Positions 1 through 14,688 of a stretch of 64,000 nucleotides of DNA are shown here, in pieces. Every line of letters starts with the position of its first letter. Positions within the stretch are counted from its first letter, which is position 1. The translations under genes and the position numbers were made by a program. The notes under the pieces are model-generated. The model did not search any database. It worked only from the letters and a program-made list of their open reading frames with translations, and was not told where the DNA came from. This DNA comes from Eledone cirrhosa (taxonomy: Eukaryota), in the NCBI GenBank assembly GCA_964016885.1, contig OZ024751.1, positions 26,474,001 to 26,538,000 of the forward strand, read 5' to 3'.

Positions 1-72
1 CCAGTACAGTCTACCAACACTATACACCCCAGTACAGTCTACCCATGGTTATGTTATTAGAAAAGTTCTTAC

Positions 73-158
73 TTATTAACTCTTCAACAGTTTTCCCACC
101 AGCTCGTAATGATGCAATATCTTCCTTAGCGGCAGTTCCTGATTTAATTAGTTTCTCA
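73..158 (-). CDS. SON-like SR protein, internal exon (EKLIKSGTAAKEDIASLRAGGKTVEELI); gene continues beyond the window start
   Basis: TTTTCAG acceptor at 159-165 and A|GTAAGA donor at 72; phase matches the 1311-1442 exon. The peptide recalls the SON motif 'GGKT(V/I)EEL' (from memory). An alternative donor at 42 is possible. Confidence 0.7.
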
Positions 159-526
159 CTGAAAAGACAACATATATATATATTATACACACACACACAC
201 ACATATATATATAATATATATGTATATATACACCAAACATATATGTCAACAATCATTAACAATAATGAATCATTATTATTATTAATTGTTCAAATTTGTT
301 TGCACACAAAACACACATACAAACACACACACCAAGACACATGCACACAGATACACCAAGACATACACACAGACACACAAAGACATACACACACACACCC
401 CAAGACGCATGCACACACACACCAAGACATACAGAGACACACCAAGACGCATACACAATGTTTTCGTCCTGTAGAGTCATGATTTTCATGTAAACCCTTT
501 GCGATTAATAAAGAATGCATTATTAT

Positions 527-716
527 GACGGTGGATTGGCAGTATTGGTAGAGGGTCGGACACCATGCTTTCTAGCATAGAGTTACGGCCCTTGCCATTC
601 TGAGTTCAAATCCCGCCGAGGTTAACTTTGCCTTTCATCCTTACGGGGTCGATAAAATAAAGTACCAGTAATGTACTGGGTAATTGCTGGCCTTGTGCCA
701 AAAGTAGAAACAATTA
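527..716 (+). mobile_element. tRNA-derived SINE family B; other copies at about 22745-22923(+), 34015-34232(-), 42342-42416(+), 52595-52725(+), 61070-61210(-) and 63533-63710(+)
   Basis: B box GAGTTCAAATCC and conserved centre GCCTTTCATCCTTACGGGGTCGATAAAATAAAGTACCAG. Confidence 0.8.
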
Positions 717-829
717 TATATATATATATATAAAATAAAGGACCAGTAATGGTGGTGGTGATGATATCCAGAAGCAAACTACACATATGTGCTATATATT
801 AAATAGTTTCACTGCAGTAATGTGTAACT

Positions 830-1215
830 TTAGTGATATCACACAGATAAAGTGGTGTTTGTGTATCTACCAACAGTGATATCACACAGGTAAAGTGTTG
901 TGTATCTACCAACAATGATATCACACAGATGAGATGTGGTGTTGTGTATCTACCAACAGTGATATCACAGAGATAAAGTGTTGTGTATCTCCCAACAATG
1001 ATATCACAGATAAAGTGTTGTGTATCTACCAACAGTGATATCACACAGATAAAGTGTTGTGTATCTCCCAACAATGATATCACAGATAAAGTGTTGTGTA
1101 TCTACCAACAGTGATATCACACAGATAAAGTGTTGTGTATCTCCCAACAATGTTATCACAGATAAAGTATTGTGTATCTACCAACAGTGATATCACACAG
1201 ATGAGATGTGGTGTA
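830..1215. repeat. Minisatellite, ~37-44 bp unit
   Basis: Repeated GTGATATCACACAGATAAAGTGTTGTGTATCTACCAACA. Confidence 0.9.
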
Positions 1216-1310
1216 TCTAATACTTATGTTACAATATGGTATGTAACATTGACCAAGAGTGGTAAGACACATGTATATCCATTATGAGAAGTGTTGTTGT
1301 CAATACTTAC

Positions 1311-1442
1311 ACTGCAATAGTATGTAACTTTACTTTATCTATGGATAATCTGTCTTCTTTTGTCACTGGTTTCTCTTTCTCTGTTGTCGAGGAATGGTTG
1401 TTGTCTGTGTTATAAGACCTATGTCGATTTGACGTTCTGTAT
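1311..1442 (-). CDS. SON-like SR protein exon (YRTSNRHRS...EDRLSIDKVKLHTIAV)
   Basis: TTTTCAG acceptor and GT|GTAAGT donor; phase 2 at both ends joins the flanking exons in frame. 'IDKVKLHTIA' resembles SON 'LDKAQLLEIA'. Confidence 0.72.
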
Positions 1443-2220
1443 CTGAAAATATAACAAGTCTATTAGTTTGGTGGCAACAACAATGATAAATGTATCAGAA
1501 TATCAGTATTATGTCCAGCTTAACCCTTTCATCACCGTATTTTCAATGAAACCCACTGCCTAGGATTTTCAATTAATTTTGAAATTAGTAAAATAATTAC
1601 TATCTCATTATTAACCCTTTTTAGAAAAAGAGTTAATAATTGTTTCTACTTTTGGCACAAGGCCAGCAATTATCCCAGTGTAATAAAGTACCAGTAATAC
1701 ACTGGGATAATTGCTGGCCTTATGCCTTTTAAAATGGATGATTTTGTTCCATAGAAACAGAGCCAGTTTTAGCTGGGTTGGTCTCAAAAGGGGTTAAACT
1801 GTTGTATGAAATATAACAGAACACAAGTTTCTTACATAGAATTATGGTGGAAAGTTAAAATTTAAATATAAACACTTTAAAACAAACAGCATTGGATCAT
1901 AAAACCAGGGGATGATTTCAGCAGCTTGGTATCAGATTTTTTATTTTACGGCATGTAAAATGTGGTTAGGTATTCCAGACATGTGTACACTTAATTCTAA
2001 GGGAGATTCAGCACGATAGCAGTGTGTGACAAAGTTGGCCCTTTGAATTTACAGATCTGACTGGCTTCGAAACAGTTTCTGCCTACCCAATTTCACTGAT
2101 GAAGATTACATTGAACCAAGGCCATTGTAAAGCATACTTGCTCAAGATGTCATGCAGTCAGAGTGAACCCAGCATCTCATGATTGAGAATCTAACTTCTT
2201 AACCATTTCAACATGCATCA

Positions 2221-2257
<37 letters not shown>

Positions 2258-4896
2258 CAATTTACGTATGTGTAGTTAGGTTAGACATAAACAAACAAGT
2301 GTAATGAAACCACAGATAAGTCAAACTGTTAATACATATATTTAACATCCACATTGTGTTTGGTTTTCCCTTTGGGAAACTGCCACAATGCAGATAACTA
2401 TAAATAATAGTTGAATAAATCAGCTTAAGTAATCCTAGCGATGGAAAAAAGTGGACAGAAATTGCAGAAAGAATGGAACCACACACCTGCAGTATGCCAA
2501 ATTATCATATTTAACAATCACCACATACCATCATCATCATCGATTAATGTCCATCTTCCACACTAGCATGGGTTAGAAGGGTCCCATTTAGAGGCAAGTT
2601 GGGTCGGGTGACCGTGTCTCACTCATATAGGAGTGTTTCTGGCTGGTTTTCTACGACTGGCCCTTCCTAACGAAGACCTGGATATGTTACTACAGCGCCC
2701 CTACAATTCAACCAGGAGTTACAGGTCCACACATACACATATATAAAATATCAAATGTTAATTATGAGTCAATGCAAAAATACTGCAATGAATCCAAGAG
2801 CAACAAAAACCCAGAGACAATGTTTGACATCCCAGTGCATTCTATGTTGATCTCTTCTCTAATAAAATTCAGCAAACAACGAGCGAGACCTTACTCAATC
2901 TGTTAGAAATAGCAGCCAAAATTCCTTCAACTAACACTCAATCATCTTTAAAAAGAGAGGCACATTCAATAATATAATCCAAAATACACTATGCCTGAAA
3001 AAATAAAACAAAAAATGGGATGGTCATGACTAGAACACTTGATCATACGTTTATTCAGTCTGGAGGCTAAACCACAGCATAGGACTGACACAGCCCTGAC
3101 TCAAGAGTCCCTTACACTAACAGTACATTCAGTCATTAACATCCAGAGGACATCACAACATTTTCAAAATATATTTAGAAATCAAGAGATACAAGAGAGA
3201 CCACCAGTATTACATGGACAATAGTAAATACGGTACCAGCATTTAGAAAGGGATCACAATACTATCACCTCTGTGTTACAGAGAAGCTTTATATTATTTC
3301 CCACCCCACTCAAATTATAAAACAAAAGAAATGAACTTATTTCCACCTGCTGACACAAGCCAAAATTCTTCCTCATGAACTGTCCCAGTGAATGTGATGA
3401 ATAGTAATTGATGCCAGAGACCACGTGACTTCCTGTCAGGTACCATTTATACTGCCCCCTACCCTGCCATTATCTGTCATTTCTTCTCATTTCATTGATG
3501 CATTTAGTTAACCATATAGATGGTTAAATGAATCCTTTGGTACAGATATAGAATCCTGTATATCTTACACATGATTAAACATATATCAGGCTACACACTT
3601 CTGTATATCTTACACCTGAGTACTTTTACATTTTGGCACCACAAAATAAAAACAATATTATATATAAATGTAGAGTTTTGCATTATGAATATAGAGTGGA
3701 AAACTCCCACCCTAAATATTCAAGATCAAAACACCCTTTGAGGGTGTCCAGATACTGAGAAGCAAGCAAGGGAGAGAACTGCTCTAGCATGAATTGATCT
3801 AAATTCTTTTGAACATTTTAAAACACTACAGGGGCAATAGACTTTGCCTTTATGCCAATCTGGTATATATTTGACCATTGTTTTAGTGAAACTAACTTTG
3901 CTAAACAGATCGAAACATGCCTGTTGCTGTCACCAAGTTAGCTTAGTGAAACAAAGCCCAAGGTCTATTCCTATGGTATTGTCTAAATATGTTCCTAAAA
4001 ATTTGGCTAGAGGAGTTCTCTTTCTTGTTTGCTTCTGAGTATCTAAACCCCAGCAAAGGGAGTTTCAATCTTGAAATGGTGAGGATAGTTACAACTGATT
4101 GAAACTATTTCCCACTTGCTATATTTAGAATGAGACAAATACACTTCATGGAGGGTGCTATCCCACCCCCACTTTTACCTCTGCCCTTTGTTGACATACA
4201 GACACCCACATATATCTTTTAGGGAATTGGAAGATGCCTCACAGTGACCACTGATGTGATACTTAAAATCTTTCAATAGCCACAAATTAATTATTACTTT
4301 ACAATTAACCTGTATTGAGATCTCTCTATCCTAGAGGTAGTTATATTAAGTACAACTTATCCACTGTGTGTATAATTCCATAGTTTCTACATTGCTAAAG
4401 ACACTTTAAAAAACTATTTCAGCAATATTTAATTTAATGTGTATGAAGTATATGTAAATGTGTGTGTGTGTGTGTGTGTGTGTATAAAGGAGCAAGGGAG
4501 TACATAATCAGTTATTTCCCATACAAATCAAATAAACACAACCACAACACCATTGTCTATCTCCAGTCTCCACAATAACACAACCACACCACTGTTGTCT
4601 ATCTCCAGTCTCCAGTCTTCTCAATAAACACAACCATATCACCGTTTTCCATCCTCAGTCTTCAGTTTTCTCAATGTTTGAATTCACAGATATCCATCAA
4701 TAGATATTGAATCAATGCTATTGACTAGAAGGGAAATGGGAGGGTGGGAGGGGATGGCTGGTTGTTGTAAAAAGTGGTCATCATGCTTGTCTCAGGGCAT
4801 TGGTTAGTTGAAGGTCAGGTCACACACTTGGCTCTCCATTGCACTAAGGTGCTTATTTTTTCTTTCTCTTTATTTCATCTGCTTCTAAGATATGAG

Positions 4897-5144
<248 letters not shown>

Positions 5145-5226
5145 TTTCTTGGCTCAATGTAAGTATGGCAATGTATGAGGGAGGAGAATGGCTGCTATGA
5201 AGAGATGTAACTTATTATCTACTTAC

Positions 5227-6459
5227 TTATCACTCTGGGAGGATGTCTCCCTATGGTAGTCCTTCTCTCGACTCTTTGATCGTGATGATCTCTTTGATGA
5301 CTTGTCATTCTCATTCGATCTAGAGCTGTATCGAGATTTCTCCGAGTGGCCCCTCCCTTTTGAATAAGGGCTTTTAGATCGAGATCTTCTCGAAGACTTT
5401 CTTCTTGATGACGATCTGGATCTTGAGTAGGAACTAGGGGACTTCGATCGTGAATAAGATGGCGAAGGAGAGCGCGAACGCGAACGCCTTCTTTTCTTGT
5501 TTTCAACAGAAGCTGATGACGATGATGACGACGACTTGCAAATACTAGAGTACAAAGTTAATGATGAGGGCTTAATTTTTGAACTTATGAGGGGGCTAGA
5601 TGGAAATCTTGAAGACAAATCTTCATCACTGAGATCTGACAGCCTTTTGTGGGATTTGGAAATAGAATGTGCATGAGATATGTTTTCATAGCTCCTGTCT
5701 TTAGGAAGTGACTCTTTCAATATATCTGAAGACCCAGTGCGCACACTTTCTTCACTTTGTAATGTCTGGTTATAAAAGGGTTTAGAAACACTATTTGAAT
5801 ATACATTTATCAGATTACTATTTGAAACTGGTATATCTGATCTCGTTGGTTGGTGGAGTACAGCAAGATTGCTATTGTCAACAACTACGGTGTTATTAGC
5901 GTTCGCATACTGAATGAGGACTTGAACAATTTTTTTTTTTATTTGATGCTCTTACAATAAGCTCTGCATCATAGTTAGGGGCTTGTTTGTATAGAATTGT
6001 CTGTAAGGTAGCAGGCTTGTTATACTGTAAATGAGACCCCATGTCATTAGGCAGTGCAAACGAAGGGCCATACATAGTTGTTTCTGGAATACTAGACGAC
6101 TGATTAGGGTATGGTTGCATAACCGAATGGCATGTTTCTGAAGAGACTGGGGTTTTATCAAACGAAATCATATTTCAAATGACTAACTACAACAACAGTG
6201 GTAGTAGTGTAATGCCAACATAAACTCTAACTATTTTAGAACAACTAGTATGAAGAGGAGAGGAGAGTCTTTATTTTGTATTTTTAATAAACTGGAACCG
6301 TATGTAGAAATAGATTGTAGAGAATAACTTTCATAGTTGTTGGTTGAAAACAGACTGGTGGTCCATTATTTTTAGTAGAAGAATGTCTTTTATATATCAA
6401 TATCTTTCTGTCTACTGGGCAATATCATATAAGTGTGATATCTGCTGGTCCACTGGGTT
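5227..6459 (-). CDS. Large exon of the SON-like gene encoding a Ser-rich region and an RS domain; frame disrupted at T11 (5930-5940) and closed 5' of 6171
   Basis: TTTCAG acceptor at 6460 and AA|GTAAGT donor at 5226. RS-dipeptide ORF (RRRSRSRSPSPSYSRSKSP...). ORFs 5896-6171 and 5223-5744 join if one T is removed. Confidence 0.65.
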
Positions 6460-7358
6460 CTGAAAGAGAATATTGACAAGTTAAGTTTAGAAGAAAGCAA
6501 TGCAGACATGTTTTGTTAGACATGTACAAAATCTATATTTCACAATCTAAATATCAATGGAGATGTGATAATAGATTTACAGTATTATCAACATCGTCAA
6601 TACTTAAAGATCCATTAGTATTTATGGATTGTGGATCAGGAAGGTTACTGTTGACATCTCTCCCTCCCTCTCGCTCTCTTTTTCACCAATTAGAAATTAG
6701 AACGAATTTTAGTGTGACCAAAGTCGAGGAGACTTACTCTGTGGCATTATTTAAAGTCCCTCTTCAACTGGTGTAGTGGTCACTACTTCCTTATGATGGC
6801 AAGAGGGTTAGGGTCTGTGAAAGACACCCAACAGTGACCAGGTTCCCTAAGTACTATAGGAGCGTGTGTTAACAGACAATTCAGTGACCAATATCATCAG
6901 AGAAGGTTTTATTTCTAGATTCAGCTGCTTCATCTTTCTATGTAGCCACTCTCCTCCATGGTTTGTCTTCGTAATCTTTTTTTTCTGGAACCATCTCAGG
7001 TCTTTCTCTCCCTCTGTTGTATGAAAATAGGATCCACTTCCATTTCAACTGGTTGAATTAAAGAGTCAGTTAGTAGTTAGTATTATAAGAATCGGTGGAC
7101 TTTCGGTGGTAGTTCATTGGACTACTTACTCCGAGAGTTGACCAATATGTAGAAAAACAGACAAAGATCAATAATTGTACATGGTACAAAGATCAAGTTG
7201 AGACTGTGATCACAATGGTGATTCCTAATGTGAGACGCTCCAAAGGGGAGGTAGGCAGTTGAATATTTTGTAAAGGTGGGGAGTGAATTTGTCAAAAATT
7301 TACATTGTATCTTTTTAACAACAAACATGTTTTTAAGGGAGGAGCATAACATTTTTTG

Positions 7359-9510
7359 AGGAGTCATGGCAGGGCCTGGAGCAATAACAGGTTAAGAACC
7401 ACTGCTATAAGTTGGAAGGAGTCATGGCAGGGCCTGGAGCAATAACAGGTTAAGAACCACTGCTATAAGATGGAAGGAGTCATGGCAGGGCCTGGAGCAA
7501 TAACAGGTTAAGAACCACTGCTATAAGATGGAAGGAGTCATGGCAGGGCCTGGAGCAATAACAGGTTAAGAACCACTGCTATAAGATGGAAGGAGTCATG
7601 GCAGGGCCTGGAGCAATAACAGGTTAAGAACCACTGCTATAAGTTGGAAGGAGTCATGGCAGGACCTGGAGCAATAACAGGTTAAGAACCACTGCTATAA
7701 GATGGAAGGAGTCATGGCAGGGCCTGGAGCAATAACAGGTTAAGAACCACTGCTATAAGATGGAAGGAGTCATGGCAGGGCCTGGAGCAATAACAGGTTA
7801 AGAACCACTGCTATAAGTTGGAAGGAGTCATGGCAGGGCCTGGAGCAATAACAGGTTAAGAACCACTGCTATAAGATGGAAGGAGTCATGGCAGGGCCTG
7901 GAGCAATAACAGGTTAAGAACCACTGCTATAAGATGGAAGGAGTCATGGCAGGGCCTGGAGCAATAACAGGTTAAGAACCACTGCTATAAGTTGGAAGGA
8001 GTCATGGCAGGGCCTGGAGCAATAACAGGTTAAGAACCACTGCTATAAGATGGAAGGAGTCATGGCAGGACCTGGAGCAATAACAGGTTAAGAACCACTG
8101 CTATAAGATGGAAGAAGTCATGGAAGGACCTGGAGCAATAACAGGTTTAAGAACCACTGCTATAAGATGGAAGGAGTCATGGAAGGACCTGGAGCAATAA
8201 CAGGTTAAGAACCACTGCTATAAGATGGAAGGAGTCATGGAAGGACCTGGAGCAATAACAGGTTAAGAACCACTGCTATAAGATGGAAGGAGTCATGGAA
8301 GGACCTGGAGCAATAACAGGTTAAGAACCACTGCTATAAGATGGAAGGAGTCATGGAAGGACCTGGAGCAATAACAGGTTAAGAACCACTGCTATAAGAT
8401 GGAAGGAGTCATGGCAGGACCTGGAGCAATAACAGGTTTAAGAACCACTGCTATAAGATGGAAGAAGTCATGGAAGGACCTGGAGCAATAACAGGTTAAG
8501 AACCACTGCTATAAGATGGAAGGAGTCATGGCAGGGCCTGGAGCAATAACAGGTTAAGAACCACTGCTATAAGATGGAAGGAGTCATGGCAGGGCCTGGA
8601 GCAATAACAGGTTAAGAACCACTGCTATAAGATGGAAGGAGTCATGGCAGGGCCTGGAGCAATAACAGGTTAAGAACCACTGCTATAAGATGGAAGGAGT
8701 CATGGCAGGGCCTGGAGCAATAACAGGTTAAGAACCACTGCTATAAGATGGAAGGAGTCATGGCAGGACCTGGAGCAATAACAGGTTAAGAACCACTGCT
8801 ATAAGATGGAAGGAGTCATGGCAGGGCCTGGAGCAATAACAGGTTAAGAACCACTGCTATAAGATGGAAGGAGTCATGGCAGGGCCTGGAGCAATAACAG
8901 GTTAAGAACCACTGCTATAAGATGGAAGGAGTCATGGCAGGGCCTGGAGCAATAACAGGTTAAGAACCACTGCTATAAGATGGAAGGAGTCATGGCAGGA
9001 CCTGGAGCAATAACAGGTTAAGAACCACTGCTATAAGATGGAAGGAGTCATGGCAGGGCCTGGAGCAATAACAGGTTAAGAACCACTGCTATAAGATGGA
9101 AGGAGTCATGGCAGGGCCTGGAGCAATAACAGGTTAAGAACCACTGCTATAAGATGGAAGGAGTCATGGCAGGGCCTGGAGCAATAACAGGTTAAGAACC
9201 ACTGCTATAAGATGGAAGGAGTCATGGCAGGGCCTGGAGCAATAACAGGTTAAGAACCACTGCTATAAGATGGAAGGAGTCATGGCAGGACCTGGAGCAA
9301 TAACAGGTTAAGAACCACTGCTATAAGATGGAAGGAGTCATGGCAGGGCCTGGAGCAATAACAGGTTAAGAACCACTGCTATAAGATGGAAGGAGTCATG
9401 GCAGGACCTGGAGCAATAACAGGTTAAGAACCACTGCTATAAGATGGAAGGAGTCATGGCAGGGCCTGGAGCAATAACAGGTTAAGAACCACTGCTATAA
9501 GATGGAAGAA
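7359..9510. repeat. 58-bp tandem repeat, about 37 near-identical copies
   Basis: Unit GGAAGGAGTCATGGCAGGGCCTGGAGCAATAACAGGTTAAGAACCACTGCTATAAGAT; no spacers. Confidence 0.97.
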
Positions 9511-12500
9511 GTATTAAGAGCAACAACAAACACTAACGTTAACAGCTATTTATCAGGAGAAGCTGCTGTAACATCTTGTTTTAGAAGAAGAGGGGAGAGA
9601 ACAGTAACCATTATGTCTTCAGACCTTTATTCATGTTGAGTTTTGTATATTAGTAGTTGGTAGGTAAGCATAAGCAGAGAAAAGGTAGAGATAGTCAAGC
9701 TGGAGAAGGGGGAGGGGCATGGTTATGAAGAAGGACTGGGTATAAATGTTTAGTACAGGGTTAGTATGGGGGGAGGGGGGGGGGGGGGGGAGAGGAAATA
9801 TAGCTAATGACTTCAGTGGAGTAGAGACTGTTATAGTAGCAGTAGAAAAGACTAAGAGAGGACACAGTTGAATTTAGACCAAGGATTGTGGTGAAGTTTT
9901 GTTTATCAGGTTATTTCTTTTAGGTGTGAACGTGTGTGAGTATTGTTGCAGATTTGTGATTCACGAGAAATGTAAGGAAGACTTCAGTTCCATAAATAGT
10001 TAACCCTTATAACACCTATTGTTAATAATTGTGGACAATTCAAACACCGCGCTATTATAAGAAGAAGAATTTCAACTTAAAAGCTTGGACAAGTTCAAAG
10101 GATTCTTACATTTCGATAGAATTATTATTTATTATAATATCTGGTGATTCTTTTGCAACTCTTCCGGTCATGCTGTTAAGATGCATCAATATATTTCTTT
10201 TTCCTTTCATATAGATAATATTTGTGAGTTTTACAGTTAATAACAGTTCAGTAAAGAGCTATTTAATCCAATGCACAAACACCTCTGCCTATTTGCAGCT
10301 GTGTGCACATCTTCATAATATCATCCAAAGGGAACATGGTAAATTAGTCTTATTCAACAGCACCAACATAATAATCTTTCCACAAATAAAGGTACCACAC
10401 AACAGCAGACAGCACCACAATAATATACAAGATAAACCCTCAAATTCACAATAAATGTTAGGCCTCTTAGCTTCTGATCAACCAAATATCTCTAACAAAG
10501 TCAACAGTGTCTCTAATGAGGTTTTCACAAGCCCAGAAAGGTTTTAGTTGTGACACAATATAAAGTGTACCCTACAGAAGAGCAGTGGTAAACTAACAAA
10601 TACCAGCTCCCTATTAACATGACAAAATAGGGCTATAAATATATTTACATTGATCTGTTATCCACTGTCATACTTCAATGAACAATATATTCTAATACAC
10701 CTGCCTCTCTATATCTTGTGTGTCTGCCTTTTATTCAGAAATTAGAAAACAAACCCCCACAAAACCTCATTATTTGCCATCTTACAGGACATGTATGTAT
10801 AAATATTTTGAGGCATGAAGCAGTAATTTATTAAAATTCAATTGTATATATTTCTTTATTCATATAAAAAAGCTGGCCATTTTGTTTTACAATTATTTCT
10901 TTTTCTGAGAGAGAGAGAGAGAGAAGATGCATATTAGAATACGAGAGAGAAAAACGAAGAGAAAGAGGAGTAGAGAGAGAAAGAAATCATTTTCTAGCAT
11001 TCAACAACTTACATTCTATTACTTTATCTCTCTCTCTGCTTCAATTCCTCCTCCTCTCATTGTGTCACATGTATAGATAAATCAACATGGAAGCCACTAG
11101 TGATCATGATATCTTACAGAAATAGCAGTCAAGTCTTCCTTTAACTACAAAATACTGTCATAGATAAATGGAGGAAAGTGGTAATATCAAAATCTAACTT
11201 GTTTTTTTTCAAGAAATGTATAGTTCATACCTATGTATGCGGTTGCATCTCATAGGAGGAGGGTTCTTGGGTGTTTTAAGAAGAGAGGCTCCAGTGCTAT
11301 CATGAAAAGCAATGTAAAATGAAGCATCTTACTCAAGAACACTGGCTCTAGGAATTGAACTTATGGTGCTATGATCATGAGTCAACTCCCCCTTCCACTC
11401 AACCACTAGGTCATGTGCCTAAATACTTCAAAACAGGTTAAATGAAGGTTCTTTGCCAAATTTTTAAGCTTGTCTTTTCACATATTCCACTTCAAGAGTT
11501 GGAGGCCCCGATTGTCTCTTCATCACCACTGGACAATACCAACACTATTGTTTATCTTGAAGCATTGAACAAATGACCAAGAAAATTTGGGTGTAATTCC
11601 TACATTAGTGAAAATATAGAGATCCTATATTTTTTGTTGTCAAATATTTTGTAAAGTAAGAAAAAATAAAAGAAATGGGGCAGGGCCCAGAACCTCTGCA
11701 CCCATATCCTAGAAAGGTGCATCAATGGCAGAAGATCTAAAGGATGACCAAGGAGTGATGATATTAGGGACTGGATAGGAAGAACATTGGTCAAGTGTGA
11801 AATGTTATCTTACTTTCCTACAATACCTGGACATCACCAGGCCCCTCTACTAGTGTGTGTGTGTGTGTGTGTGTGTATACGTTTAACTGTTCTAACCAAT
11901 AGGTTGTGGTACCACCATATATATATATGTATGAGTATGTAAAATATGAAAAGAGTCAGGACCCCGAGGGCTGACACCTAGATCCAAACTAAGCCAACAG
12001 TATACTGGTCCTGACTCTTTTTCATATTACCCACTCTATTACCCTAAGTATCAAGTACTCTAGTGTGTTATGGTCTACCAGGTATCTTACCACACCTTCT
12101 CTGTATGTGTATGTATACACGCACAAATATATACATATGTTGGTGACCAACCACTTCACAGGATGTAGCCGCTAGAAATACACTGCTTCTTTAACTTGGT
12201 ATTGTTCTAAGTCTTTTCTAATTTCATTTTTCTTCTTTTTGTTCTTTTACTTTATTTTGATAAAGTATTCAACCCAAAACATCAAATCCCTTCATTTTCT
12301 TGTCATTCAACAGAGATTTTTTTACCTTTTGTTATCAACCACCTGTCTTCTTTGTTTAACCCCCCATCTACCTGACACTTCTTCCACTTATTTCTATCTT
12401 CTAATTTTGTTTTACACACACACATAAGGCATGGAAAACATGTTACACGATGATATATACACATATACATACACACACACAGTCTAACCATACATTCTTG

Positions 12501-13004
12501 TGTATGGTTTGCACATTTTTCTATGAAAATACAATATGAAAAACCAGCATGTGATTTATCTTCTTGACCCACAATTAGCACCACTACACACACATCACTA
12601 CACACCACTACACATACACACACATCACTACACATACACACCACTACACATACACATCAATACACACCACTACACATTCACATCACTACACATACACATC
12701 AATACACACCACTACACATACACATCACTACATACCACTATACACACACCACTACACACCACTACACACACACACACCTCTACATACACACACATCACTA
12801 TATCCCCACTCACATCAGATCATCCAAGTGAAATGTTTAACTTGTAAGTGGTTAAGTATTCCACAGACATGTGTAGCTTTAATGTAATTTTCAGGGAGAT
12901 TCAGTGACACAATATGTAACATGGCTGGAGCAAGGTACACACACACACACCATACATAGAGGCAATGTACATATATACACACACGCACCATACAGGAGCA
13001 AGGT

Positions 13005-13990
13005 TCACATACACACACCACACAGAGACATGGTAGACACACACACCAAACAGAGGCATGGTACACATACACCACACAGAGGCATGGTAGACACACACAC
13101 CACACAGAGGCATGGTAGACACACACACCAAACAGAGGCATGGTACACATACACCACACAGAGGCATGGTACACATACACCACACAGAAACATGGTAGAC
13201 ACACACACCACACAGAGGCATGGTAGACACACACACCACACAGAGGCATGGTAGACACACACACCAAACAGAGGCATGGTAGACACACACACCAAACAGA
13301 GGCATGGTACACACATACACCACACAGAGGCATGGTACACACACACACCACGCAGAGGCATGGTAGACACACACACCAAACAGAGGCATGGTAGACACAC
13401 ACACCAAACAGAGGCATGGTAGACACACACACCACACAGAGGCATGGTAGACACACACACCAAACAGAGGCATGGTAGACACACACACCACACAGAGGCA
13501 TGGTAGACACACACACCAAACGGAGGCATGGTAGACACACACCAAACAGAGGCATGGTACACATACACCACACAGAGACATGGTAGACACACACACCACA
13601 CAGAGGCATGGTAGACACACACACCACACAGAGGCATGGTAGACACACACACCACACAGAGGCATGGTAGACACACACACCACACAGAGACATGGTAGAC
13701 ACACACACCACACAGAGGCATGGTACACATACACCACACAGAGGCATGGTACACATACACCACACAGAGGCATGGTAGACACACACACCACACAGAGGCA
13801 TGGTAGACATACACCACACAGAGGCATGGTACACATACACCACACAGAGGCATGGTACACATACACCACACAGAGGCATGGTAGACACATACACCACACA
13901 GAGGCATGGTACACATACACCAAACAGAGGCATGGTAGACACACACACCAAACAGAGGCATGGTACACATACACCACACAGAGGCATACA
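13005..13990. repeat. ~26-30 bp minisatellite
   Basis: Repeated CACACACCACACAGAGGCATGGTAGA(CA). Confidence 0.95.
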
Positions 13991-14595
13991 CTACATAGTG
14001 GTAAAGTACGCACACCACCATATACAGGACAAGGTCCACACACACACCACCACCAAACACAGGATAAGGTCTACACACACACACACACCACCATCACCAC
14101 CACACAGGACAAGGTCCACACACACACACCACCACCATCACACATGCAGGACCAAGGGGAGGGAGATCCTGATAAAACAGGGAAATGTTTCAAAGTCACC
14201 AGAGTTGGTCAAGAAGTGTTAACATAAATAAGTTGGTATTTTGGTAAAAGCAAAGCAATTTCCTTTCAATATAAGCAAACAATAAGCAGAAATAATAGTT
14301 AAAATAAGTTACAATAATAAGATAAAGTTAAAAAGAAGGATAAGTTGCAAAGAATAAGTTATAATAGAAAAGGTACAATGATAAGATACATTATAATACA
14401 ACAATAACAATACAGTACAACAATAAGATAGAAGTGAATTAAATTGAGTAAATATAGAGAAAAGCAAAATTTTGTAAAAAAAAGAAAACAAGTAAAAATC
14501 ACAAAGAAAAGCTCCCCTACCCAGCAGTGGACATTTAGATATACATCAACAATGGTTGAAACCAGACATTAATGACACAGTTTCATACTAAACCA

Positions 14596-14631
<36 letters not shown>

Positions 14632-14688
14632 CCCTTGGTTCTGTCATACTTGGTTTGCATTAAAGGACTTATATTTATTTAAAAACTT

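Noticed and set aside
7359-9510. CRISPR-like array
   Set aside because: Units are contiguous with no unique spacers, there are no cas genes, and the context is eukaryotic.
12815-14227. Cys-rich 360-390 aa ORFs
   Set aside because: Minisatellite open in several frames on both strands, with no splice or domain evidence.
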